Source: Pseudobacteriovorax antillogorgiicola
GTDB lineage: Bacteria > Bdellovibrionota_B > Oligoflexia > Oligoflexales > RGVZ01
Length of the DNA stretch: 38,740 nt
Direction of reading: 5' to 3'
Assembly (NCBI GenBank): GCA_945897695.1
Contig: CAMDGW010000001.1
Location: 1-38,740 of the forward strand
The notes below the pieces were generated by a model, which was not told where the DNA came from, did no database searches, and saw only the letters and a list, made by a program, of their open reading frames with translations. Shown in pieces: positions 17,547 to 25,720 of the stretch. The number at the start of each line of letters is the position of its first letter. Positions within the stretch are counted from its first letter, which is position 1. Both the position numbers and the translations under genes were made by a program.

Positions 17547-18365
17547 CTAGATCTCAATAAATTTTGAAAGTTCAACAGTCTGTCCTGGCTTTAGTTTTCT
17601 TTCTATTTCCAGAACAAGGTGAAGTGCACCTTCTGCAAAAAGTGACCGGCTAAAAGCGCGGTGGGAGATAGCCAGTTCTTCTGAATCACTAATAAATCTG
17701 ATTGAATGCTCACCTACAACGCCGCCGCCACGCACTGCATGTATGCAGACCGTGTTGTTAGATCTTTTACCTTTGCGCTCAAAAATAATTTTCAACCCTG
17801 GGTTCGCTTTTTGAATGACGTTCGCCAGAAACAATGCCGTACCACTTGGAGCATCTACTTTCATGCGGTGATGTGTTTCAATGATCTCGATGTCAAAACC
17901 TGCGGGGCAAAGAGCTTTGACAGCAACTTGGGAAAGTCGTGCCATCGTGGCTACTCCAAGGCTCGTGTTTCCTGCTATGAGAACACGATGCCGACCTTTC
18001 TTGGCAGCATTCGCAAGAGCAGTCTTATCGCGCTCAGACAGGCCTGTTGTCCCGATCAGTACGGTTTTCTCCTCAGCTAGAGCGAGTGCCTTGATGATTG
18101 TTGCGGTGCCCTTTGGAGAACTGAAGTCAATCACAACATCTGCTCCCTGAATCACGGCAGCTAAAGCCTTGGACGAATATTTAAGAACAGCCGTGTGGCT
18201 TTCATCGAAGGCTTTGATCTCTTTTTCATCGACCGTTGCGGCGAGCAATAGATGCTGATGTTCTGATAGGGCCTCGGTTAGCTGCTGTCCCATACGACCG
18301 CTGGCACCGTGAATCAAGCAACCAAGACGCTGAGTCGAGGTTTTTTTAGCACTCTTTGTCATCAT
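17547..18365 (-). CDS. dapB: 4-hydroxy-tetrahydrodipicolinate reductase
   Basis: Motifs HGASGRMGQ and ETHHRMKVDAPSGTAL. Confidence 0.93.
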   Translation of the reverse strand: MMTKSAKKTSTQRLGCLIHGASGRMGQQLTEALSEHQHLLLAATVDEKEIKAFDESHTAVLKYSSKALAAVIQGADVVIDFSSPKGTATIIKALALAEEKTVLIGTTGLSERDKTALANAAKKGRHRVLIAGNTSLGVATMARLSQVAVKALCPAGFDIEIIETHHRMKVDAPSGTALFLANVIQKANPGLKIIFERKGKRSNNTVCIHAVRGGGVVGEHSIRFISDSEELAISHRAFSRSLFAEGALHLVLEIERKLKPGQTVELSKFIEI

Positions 18366-18371
18366 TTTTCC

Positions 18372-19274
18372 TTATTTTTGCATGACACTTTTTAGGTCAT
18401 CGCGTGCAGTTAAAATGGTCTTTTTGATAAACGCATAATTCTCTTCAGAAACAGGAGCCAGTGGAGCTCGGAGTATGTTTTTACCAAGATCGAATATTTC
18501 AAGAGCAGCTTTTAAGGGGCACGGATTGGTCTCGCAGAAGAGAGCATCAATAGCCGGAAGCAATGCTTTATGGATCGAAAGAGCTTTATGGTTTTGCTGG
18601 CCGTTATAGGCCTTAGTGAGTGCGACCATTGCTTCTGGAAAAATATTGGATACAACACTGATAACGCCCACGCCACCGACCGCTAGGCTTGCAAGATAAG
18701 TGGGATCATCACCACTAAGAATGGCTGCTTTTGATGAGTTAACAACCCGACTATAAAGTGCAATATCTCCACTTGCCTCCTTAACCGCTACGACGTTCTT
18801 AATTGAGGTCAAGGTTGCAATCGCAGTATGAGATAAGCTTTGTGCCGTGCGTCCTGGTACATGGTAGAGGCAAAGGGGTACATTGACGCTGTCAGCAATC
18901 ATTTGGTAGTGGAGTTTTAAGCCAGAAAGACTTGGCTTATTGTATGGTGGAGTTACGATTAAAAGACTATCGGCACCAGCTTCAACGCAGAGTTTTGAAA
19001 GCTCGATACTCTGCGCCGTATTGTTTCCTCCGCTGCCTGCCATGACTCGCACAGTGGCAGGCAGTATTGCGCGAGCTTTTCTGACGAGTGAGATTTTTTC
19101 TTGTACTGTTAGAGTAGGGGATTCGCCTGTAGTTCCGCTAATGACGATACCCGAGATGCCCCCCTCGGCTTGTTGAGCTAAATGCTTTTCAAAAGAGGTC
19201 CAATCGATTGCTCCACTTTCCGAAAATGGTGTGGCAATGGCTGTCCATACACCCGAAAAACTAGCGTTGCTCAT
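18372..19274 (-). CDS. dapA: 4-hydroxy-tetrahydrodipicolinate synthase
   Basis: Motifs ISGTTGESPTL, VTPPYNKP and YHVPGRT. Lies 6 nt upstream of dapB. Confidence 0.93.
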   Translation of the reverse strand: MSNASFSGVWTAIATPFSESGAIDWTSFEKHLAQQAEGGISGIVISGTTGESPTLTVQEKISLVRKARAILPATVRVMAGSGGNNTAQSIELSKLCVEAGADSLLIVTPPYNKPSLSGLKLHYQMIADSVNVPLCLYHVPGRTAQSLSHTAIATLTSIKNVVAVKEASGDIALYSRVVNSSKAAILSGDDPTYLASLAVGGVGVISVVSNIFPEAMVALTKAYNGQQNHKALSIHKALLPAIDALFCETNPCPLKAALEIFDLGKNILRAPLAPVSEENYAFIKKTILTARDDLKSVMQK

Positions 19275-19276
19275 AA

Positions 19277-20686
19277 TTATTTTTTGTCCTTGCTGATGAT
19301 CGATTTAGGTTGGGCTGAATTTTCGAATGCGTTCTTGGACGGCTGCTCTTTGAATGGGATTGCCGGCCGAGGTTCGGTGAGATCTGATAATATATTGGTC
19401 TTAACGCCGCACGAACCAATTAAAAACCCAAGCAGAAGGCATGACAGAGGGGCGGAGAAGGGTACGGCGACGTTGAGTGCTTTACGAATTTTTTTTGCGG
19501 CCTCCATGAAGCGCGCCTTTTGGTCTGATCCGCCTGGGGTAGCGGTTAGACTGTCGGATGTCAGGGTTGCTGCAAACAATAATGTCTCTTCTTTGAGTTG
19601 AGGATTTATTTTTTTAAGTTCTGCGGCAATGAGAAGGCTAGGAAGAGCGTTGTGAGAGCGGCAGTACCGCATAAGATCATGGGCAGCAGTTGATGCCTCG
19701 TTTGCACTTGCTCCACTTTGAATGAGATTACAGGCCACGGCACGTTCGACATCAGATGACAGAAGCTCCATACCGCCCAGCTTTTCCTTTGGAGCTAGTG
19801 ATTCGGCGAAAAGTTTTGCTGCATGGTTCATCCGTTGATTCAAGATGAAAAGCTCGTGCAAAAATCCAAGCCTTCTGGTTTCCCAGACGTGAAGATTAGA
19901 GCTAACTTCAAATCTAATTCCCGAAAGATGCTGGCATTCGGCGGCGAGAATTTCGCAGTCTGCCTCGAGCTCTTTCATTTTCCCAATACTTGATGTGTTT
20001 TCGCGAAGTCCAGCAATAATCTGGACGATGCTTGACGACATCTCATCAAAAGCGTTGATGATTTTCCTTATAGCTCGTTGTTCCGTGCGACAATAGCTAA
20101 GTGTCTCGGTCTCCAGTCCGCTAAAACCTACCTGAAGTGCAACCCGATGTTCTGCATCATGTTGTTTTCCGCTGGTGTCGAGAATATCTGCTGGTCGCAT
20201 TAAAGAAAGTTCATGGATTACAGACTTTAATTCGCTTGCTGTGTCATGAAGAGTTTTTGCAGCGTTATAAAGCACCGAGGGGAAAAGTTCTCGTCGCGAT
20301 GACATTCCTGGCACCGCTGCCACAAAAGGCCGATTCATAAAAAGCTCAGCCTTCTTTAGGGTTTGATCAGCCCAAGAGGCTAGGGACGCGCAGCTTTCTG
20401 CGAGAATATTGCGCGTGGATATCCTCATATGGTTCCAGGCAAATCCTATGGTCCCGTAGCGAGCAGTAAGAATGCTTATAAATTCCGCATCATGCTCTGC
20501 CAATAAAGGTAAAACAGATGATTGGGTGCTTGCTAGCTGCGGCGTGATGGCTGCCAGCGAAAATTTTAGATTTTCAACGGAGCGATCAGAAATCAGACCT
20601 TCAGATGCGAGCGCCGAGGCGTATGAGGTTAGAAGATCGATGGTTGCCGCATTGTCGAGTTTTAAGAAGGTCGTCCAGTCCTGCAT
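19277..20686 (-). CDS. Argininosuccinate-lyase-fold protein with degenerate catalytic motifs and a C-terminal lipoprotein-signal-like segment
   Basis: By-eye collinearity with ArgH: LLTSYASALASEGLIS, HMRISTRN (canonical HTGRSRND), VPGMSSRR (canonical MPGYTHLQ), TSSIGKMKELE (canonical GSSLMPQKKNP). I prefer the ATG at 20686, which has SD aagagg 7 nt upstream. The ORF is open to 20731. Confidence 0.55.
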   Translation of the reverse strand: MQDWTTFLKLDNAATIDLLTSYASALASEGLISDRSVENLKFSLAAITPQLASTQSSVLPLLAEHDAEFISILTARYGTIGFAWNHMRISTRNILAESCASLASWADQTLKKAELFMNRPFVAAVPGMSSRRELFPSVLYNAAKTLHDTASELKSVIHELSLMRPADILDTSGKQHDAEHRVALQVGFSGLETETLSYCRTEQRAIRKIINAFDEMSSSIVQIIAGLRENTSSIGKMKELEADCEILAAECQHLSGIRFEVSSNLHVWETRRLGFLHELFILNQRMNHAAKLFAESLAPKEKLGGMELLSSDVERAVACNLIQSGASANEASTAAHDLMRYCRSHNALPSLLIAAELKKINPQLKEETLLFAATLTSDSLTATPGGSDQKARFMEAAKKIRKALNVAVPFSAPLSCLLLGFLIGSCGVKTNILSDLTEPRPAIPFKEQPSKNAFENSAQPKSIISKDKK

Positions 20687-20788
20687 GATCAAACCTCTTT
20701 TTAGTAAGCGTGAAGAAAACTGGGCTGGCACCGAAGGATGCCAGCCCAGTTATATGCTATCGTCTTCGACGGGTTTCTGGCGAAATCC

Positions 20789-22435
20789 CTAGAATTTTAT
20801 CGCAAAGCTTCCAAGAAGTCCAAAGCCCATCTGTGGATCTACAGCACTAGAGGTCTTCCAAGCCTTTCCTGGAGTTGCAACCGCCGCACCCAGTCCAAGC
20901 TCGACTTCACGCTGGTACTGATATGTGTACATCATGTCGAGCTCATATCCGAGACTTGAACCGTAAAAACCAATGGGCCGAGCGGTATCGGTGCCTGAGT
21001 TTAAGTAATCAACAACCGAGCCAGGTGCTGTTTCAAGAATACGACCACTAATCGCCTTGATCTCAAAATTGCCAGTTTCCATGTTTTCGTAGCGGTAACC
21101 AAGGCTGTATAACGCGGTGTTCATGACGCGCTCTGGGTTGAATACGCCTCCAAGTGCGTATTTTCCAGATTTTGAGCGGCTATTGAAAAACAACATGGCT
21201 GGATGGTAATTTTTGTGGAAAGCCATGGCCTGAGCGCGGTTATTTTCACGTTTCGACTCGCCGATGGCCGTATTGCGAGCATCAGAATTAGCTTCATCAT
21301 AGAAGTAACCATCCGAGTCTCCGGGTGCGTACGCATAATCAGCAAATAGTAAGTGACGACGAAGATTTCCCTCGTTGAATTCTTCTGGTCCTAGCGACGC
21401 TCCTGACTTCTGGATTGTGTATTCAAGTTTTCCAGCAACACCCATAGAGTTGATATTGTTGGTGATGATGCCCTCGTCACTGGAACGCTTACCACCCATG
21501 GCGACAACAGCAGGATCAGCGGTTTTCCCCAGTCGGAAAATCAATTCGTTTTTGAGGGTAAATTTACCCATGTAAAAGCCCGTATAAAGATCAAAAAACT
21601 TCACATCGGTCTTTGCATCGGTAGAAAGAATATTTGAAAAATAGATTCCCACTTGTTTGGCAAAAGATCCCGGGCCCTTTGTCTTGAGATCATCATAGTT
21701 GATTCCAAAGAAAAGCTGGTCCATGTCGTCGGAAGCTTCGTCTGTGCCAAACTTACCTGTGATTTTATCAAAATCACTTTGGCGTTTTGCATCGGCGACA
21801 GGGCTGTCATACGGGTTGTTCAGCCAGGTGCCGGTTTCCTGGAGTTTATCGACACCAAAGGAAAATCCAAGATCTTGATGTTTCTGCATATTCACATCAC
21901 AGGTCACACCATCAAAAACGGACGCATCAGTGTCAAATGGTTTTTTCCCGCTATTTAATAAAGCTCCGATACCCACATCACGGCTTCGGCGACCGGCCGT
22001 CAATACACAGTAGTTGAAGGCGTATTTTCCGTATGCCTCACGGATGACTGGAATCAGCGAGGAGTAGCCGCTGTCGACTACGCTTTGGTTTCTTCCGTTA
22101 CACGAGGTGTCTGCAGGTTCACCGGCAGTTGATGAACGTCTAGGTTCACAAGATTTTGGTTTGGCTGAATCTCCTAGAACGAGATTACCTTGATTTTCAT
22201 TTAGGCCAAGACGAAGGTTGAAGCTTGCGCGATCATTAGCTCGGACTTCACCATTCAAATCAAATGATACTCGCGTGGCCTGATAGAGACCATTACCCTT
22301 CTGAAAATCTGGTGCCATGCGCGTTTCGCCAATCAGTCCATAATGACCGTTGCCGTCCAAAAAAAACGCATGTGCGGGAAGAGATGCTAAAAGTCCAAAC
22401 GCCACGAGTGATGTCGCTGAAAACAAGTGCTTCAT
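20789..22435 (-). CDS. Outer-membrane beta-barrel protein (porin-like), hypothetical
   Basis: Signal peptide MKHLFSATSLVAFGLLASLPAHA. The C-terminus LLGSFAIKF ends in Phe, as expected for BAM substrates. Alternating hydrophobic strands are present throughout. Confidence 0.65.
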   Translation of the reverse strand: MKHLFSATSLVAFGLLASLPAHAFFLDGNGHYGLIGETRMAPDFQKGNGLYQATRVSFDLNGEVRANDRASFNLRLGLNENQGNLVLGDSAKPKSCEPRRSSTAGEPADTSCNGRNQSVVDSGYSSLIPVIREAYGKYAFNYCVLTAGRRSRDVGIGALLNSGKKPFDTDASVFDGVTCDVNMQKHQDLGFSFGVDKLQETGTWLNNPYDSPVADAKRQSDFDKITGKFGTDEASDDMDQLFFGINYDDLKTKGPGSFAKQVGIYFSNILSTDAKTDVKFFDLYTGFYMGKFTLKNELIFRLGKTADPAVVAMGGKRSSDEGIITNNINSMGVAGKLEYTIQKSGASLGPEEFNEGNLRRHLLFADYAYAPGDSDGYFYDEANSDARNTAIGESKRENNRAQAMAFHKNYHPAMLFFNSRSKSGKYALGGVFNPERVMNTALYSLGYRYENMETGNFEIKAISGRILETAPGSVVDYLNSGTDTARPIGFYGSSLGYELDMMYTYQYQREVELGLGAAVATPGKAWKTSSAVDPQMGFGLLGSFAIKF

Positions 22436-22471
22436 ATACAAACGCCCCTATGAGTTGCAATTGCTGGGATC

Positions 22472-23269
22472 TTAACTGTCTTTGGCAGGAAAACGCAACC
22501 GATGAACGCCATGACAAGCGCCAGTGGCTTCATTAATTTCAAATAAGATTCCATAAAACCAAAGGTCATTTTTAGCTGGTTCAAAGTTTCTTTTTTCACC
22601 AGTACGAAGGCGCTTTACAGCAGCTTCAGGGTCGATGCCAATGACGCTGTCGTAGGGCCCAGTCATGCCCAGATCGGTGACGTAGCCCGTGTAATTCTTA
22701 AGAATTCTCTCATCTGCCGTGGGCACGTGACTGTGGGTTCCGTAGACTGCCGATAGACGACCACTCAGATACTGGCCCAGGCCTTGTTTTTCACTTGTAG
22801 CCTCGGCGTGTACGTCAAGAAGCCTGACCTTTACATAGGAGGGAATCTGATCAGTCATTTTATCTGCCATGGCAAACGGGCAAGAATTATCACCCTTCAT
22901 AAAAACTTTGCCGATGAGATTCATGACGGCAACGCGCACGCCGCCTTTTGTCTCAAGAATTCTAAGACCTTTGGATGGATCGTCGACGTTAGACATGTTT
23001 GCTGGAAGTACAATTTGAGGATGATCACGGAATTCGTAAACTTCACGTTTATCCATCCAATGATTACCCATGGTGACGCAATCGACGCCGTGGGAGTTTA
23101 GAAACTCATCGAAGATTTTACGAGTAATTCCAAAACCACCGGCGGAATTCTCGCCATTAACAATGGTGAAGTCTGGGGTGATGGTTTCTCTTACCCGCTC
23201 AAGCCCGACCTGCAATGCATGCCGACCTGGGCGTCCAATGACATCACCAACCGCAAGTATTTTTATCAC
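22472..23269 (-). CDS. ymdB: YmdB-like metallophosphoesterase (2',3'-cyclic-nucleotide phosphodiesterase family)
   Basis: Motifs IKILAVGDVIGRPGR and FTIVNGENSAGGFGIT. The GTG start overlaps the rny stop (GTGA at 23266-23269). Confidence 0.9.
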   Translation of the reverse strand: MIKILAVGDVIGRPGRHALQVGLERVRETITPDFTIVNGENSAGGFGITRKIFDEFLNSHGVDCVTMGNHWMDKREVYEFRDHPQIVLPANMSNVDDPSKGLRILETKGGVRVAVMNLIGKVFMKGDNSCPFAMADKMTDQIPSYVKVRLLDVHAEATSEKQGLGQYLSGRLSAVYGTHSHVPTADERILKNYTGYVTDLGMTGPYDSVIGIDPEAAVKRLRTGEKRNFEPAKNDLWFYGILFEINEATGACHGVHRLRFPAKDS

Positions 23270-24825
23270 TTAGCGTAATCCACAAATTTACTTTCACGGA
23301 TCACAGTAACTTTGACCTGACCAGGGAACGTGAGCTCTTGGCGCATCTTATGGGCAATACTACTTGAAAGATCCATGACCTGCTGATCGTTGACCTGCAT
23401 AGGATTTACGATGGCATGAACTTCGCGACCTGCCTGGATGACAAACGCTTCGTTGATGCCGCCGAAGTCACGAACGACCTTTTCCATGTCGGCAAGACGT
23501 TTGACGTAAGTTTCAAGAATTTCCTTACGGGCACCGGGGCGGTTTGCCGAAAGGCTATTTGCCGCATACAACACGACTGCATAAGGGGTCGCATTATTAA
23601 GATCTTCTTGGTGGTGCATGCGGATGGCTTCAACCACTTCGCTTGACTCTTGGAATCGTTGGCAGAAATCTGCGCCGATCTCTGCGTGATGACCTTCAGT
23701 CTCCTGGTCAACAGCCTTACCAATATCGTGCAGGAGTCCGCAGCGTTTTGCTTTTTTTACATTAAGGCCCATTTCGCCAGCAATAATTCCACAGATATGG
23801 GCAGTTTCAATGCTGTGTTGCAGCACACTTTGCTGACCAGCCGTACGATATTTCAGTTTCCCGAGAGCCATAACAAGTTCTGGGTGAAGGTCAGTGATGC
23901 CAGTATCAAAGCTGGCCTGCTCGCCTTGCTCACGAATGACCAAGTCAAATTCGCTCATCACTCGCTTTACGGTTTCATCAATGCGAGCTGGGTGGATTCG
24001 GCCGTCGCCAATCAGACGTTCAATCGTGAGTTTTGCAATCTCACGTCGAACGGGATTAAAGCAAGAAATAATGACGGCTTCCGGTGTGTCGTCGATGATC
24101 AAGTCGACGCCTGTAGCTTGTTCGATGGCTCGGATGTTGCGACCTTCGCGTCCAATGATTCGCCCCTTCAGGTCCTCGCTCGGCAGAGCGACGACTGTGA
24201 TGGTCGAGTCACTTACATACTCGCCACTGATGCGCTGAACAGCAAGGCTCACGACGGACTTAGCTCTTTTGTCGGCCTCAGCTTTAGCGTCAGCCTCGAT
24301 CTGTCTGATCAGCTCTTGGGCGTCTTTTTTGGCCTGACTTTCAAGAGACTTGATGAGTTCGCGCTTAGCCTCGTCTTGCGACATGTTTGCAATGGTCTCA
24401 AGCGTTTTTCGGCTATGATCCAAAACAGTTTCACATTCCGCACTTAGTTTCTGATAGTGCTGTTCTTCGGCCTGGGCTTTTTTTGAAGTCGACTCAAGCT
24501 CTTGTTCTCTGCGGTCAAGTTGGGACAGTTTCTTCTCAAGAGTCTCTTCTCTCGACTTCAACTTCTGCTCGAGCTTATTAATTTCGCTGCGTCGCTGTTT
24601 GGCTTCCTCTTCAAAAGACTGTCGGGATTTGCGACTATCTTCCTTAGCTTCGCGCAAGGCGCCCTTCACCATATCGTCAGCTTCGCGACGCGCCTCATCA
24701 AGAACCCGTTGGGATTCATGGCGAGCGTTTTCAAAGGCATGAGTTAATTGTTTTTTATGGAAAAAGAATCCAAGAACAAGCATCCCAATCAAGACGCCTA
24801 TGACGGCAACAAGAAGCGTGGTCAA
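23266..24825 (-). CDS. rny: Ribonuclease Y
   Basis: N-terminal TM helix, long charged coiled coil, KH motif GRIIGREGRNIRA and HD domain LLHDIGKA. The ORF is open to 24849. I prefer the TTG at 24825 (MTTLLVAVIG...) because SD ggagga lies 7 nt upstream. Confidence 0.93.
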   Translation of the reverse strand: MTTLLVAVIGVLIGMLVLGFFFHKKQLTHAFENARHESQRVLDEARREADDMVKGALREAKEDSRKSRQSFEEEAKQRRSEINKLEQKLKSREETLEKKLSQLDRREQELESTSKKAQAEEQHYQKLSAECETVLDHSRKTLETIANMSQDEAKRELIKSLESQAKKDAQELIRQIEADAKAEADKRAKSVVSLAVQRISGEYVSDSTITVVALPSEDLKGRIIGREGRNIRAIEQATGVDLIIDDTPEAVIISCFNPVRREIAKLTIERLIGDGRIHPARIDETVKRVMSEFDLVIREQGEQASFDTGITDLHPELVMALGKLKYRTAGQQSVLQHSIETAHICGIIAGEMGLNVKKAKRCGLLHDIGKAVDQETEGHHAEIGADFCQRFQESSEVVEAIRMHHQEDLNNATPYAVVLYAANSLSANRPGARKEILETYVKRLADMEKVVRDFGGINEAFVIQAGREVHAIVNPMQVNDQQVMDLSSSIAHKMRQELTFPGQVKVTVIRESKFVDYAK

Positions 24826-24875
24826 ATCAATATCCTCCGCGCCAGCCAATCATGGTGACGCTCGCAGTTCATTTG

Positions 24876-24909
24876 AAAAACACCAAAAACCCATGCGACT
24901 TGCGTGGGT
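24876..24909 (-). terminator. Terminator-like hairpin with U-tract about 50 nt upstream of the rny start (pal terminator and/or rny leader attenuator)
   Basis: The minus strand reads acccacgcaagtcgcatgggtttttggtgtttttc. 7-bp stem (24890-24896 pairing with 24902-24908, one G-U) and a 5-nt loop. Confidence 0.6.
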
Positions 24910-25076
24910 TAGATTGTCCATCTTAACCTCAAGCGTGGCGATGGTAAACGGCAAATCGCGTAAAATGGGACAAACAAAGAGGCCCTTCGTTTTTCCCTTT
25001 ATCCAAAGACCTGCTGGCCGTTGGAGGTTAAACGAAGGACCTTTAACGTCCTAAAGAGTTTTAAGAACCTGATAAA

Positions 25077-25565
25077 TTAGTTCTTTGTGACCACGAACTC
25101 AGCGCGACGGTTCTTAGCCCATGCGTCTTCGGTGTGGCCCTGAACAACAGGCTTTTCTTCGCCGTAGCTGATGGTGGAGAGGCGAGCGCCTTCAACGCCA
25201 AGCTGGCTTAGGAAGTTTTTGACGGACTGTGCACGACGCTCACCAAGGGCGAGGTTGTATTCGACAGTACCACGCTCATCGCAGTGACCTTCAATCTGAA
25301 TGACAGCACTTTTCTGAGCTTTAAGACCTTCGGCCAAAGCTGTAAGTGTCGATTGAGCTTCTGGACTTAGGGTGTAGTCGTCAAAGCCAAAATAAATTGG
25401 AGCTGTTCTTAGTTCTGCACTGGAGTCACCGCTTGGTGCAGCAGGTGTTTCGCCTCCGGCAGCTGATGCCGATACAGGTTCTGCGGCCTTTTTCTTGTCG
25501 TCAGTACAGCTCGTTCCGAGCACGAGAAGAAGGGCGGTGATCGACAACGTGGACTTCAATAGCAT
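25077..25565 (-). CDS. pal: Peptidoglycan-associated lipoprotein Pal (OmpA-like domain)
   Basis: Signal peptide ending LVLGTSC. OmpA-like motifs YFGFDDYTL, IEGHCDERGTVEYNLALGERRA and NRRAEFV. ATG 25565 (MLLKS) has SD gaggag 7 nt upstream. The ORF is open to 25580. Confidence 0.9.
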   Translation of the reverse strand: MLLKSTLSITALLLVLGTSCTDDKKKAAEPVSASAAGGETPAAPSGDSSAELRTAPIYFGFDDYTLSPEAQSTLTALAEGLKAQKSAVIQIEGHCDERGTVEYNLALGERRAQSVKNFLSQLGVEGARLSTISYGEEKPVVQGHTEDAWAKNRRAEFVVTKN

Positions 25566-25720
25566 CGGGTGTCTCCTCATTTAAGACTCATTGATTTTAT
25601 CGGACTACATAATCGTCCTGACAAAAGACGATCTACCGCAATCCTTAATGGCAATACTGTGCCTAGCATTACGGAAAAATGCAAGCCCTCCGTAGGCTTA
25701 GGTCGTAATGGTGAGCGGTC

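Noticed and set aside
17706-18150. 124-aa and 89-aa plus-strand ORFs inside dapB
   Set aside because: They are antisense to a well-supported dapB and have no translation signals.
23650-24447. 265-aa plus-strand ORF antisense to rny
   Set aside because: This is a shadow ORF. The opposite strand encodes RNase Y with unmistakable KH and HD motifs. The antisense translation is low-complexity (S/L/F/N rich), has no SD and shows no recognisable domain.
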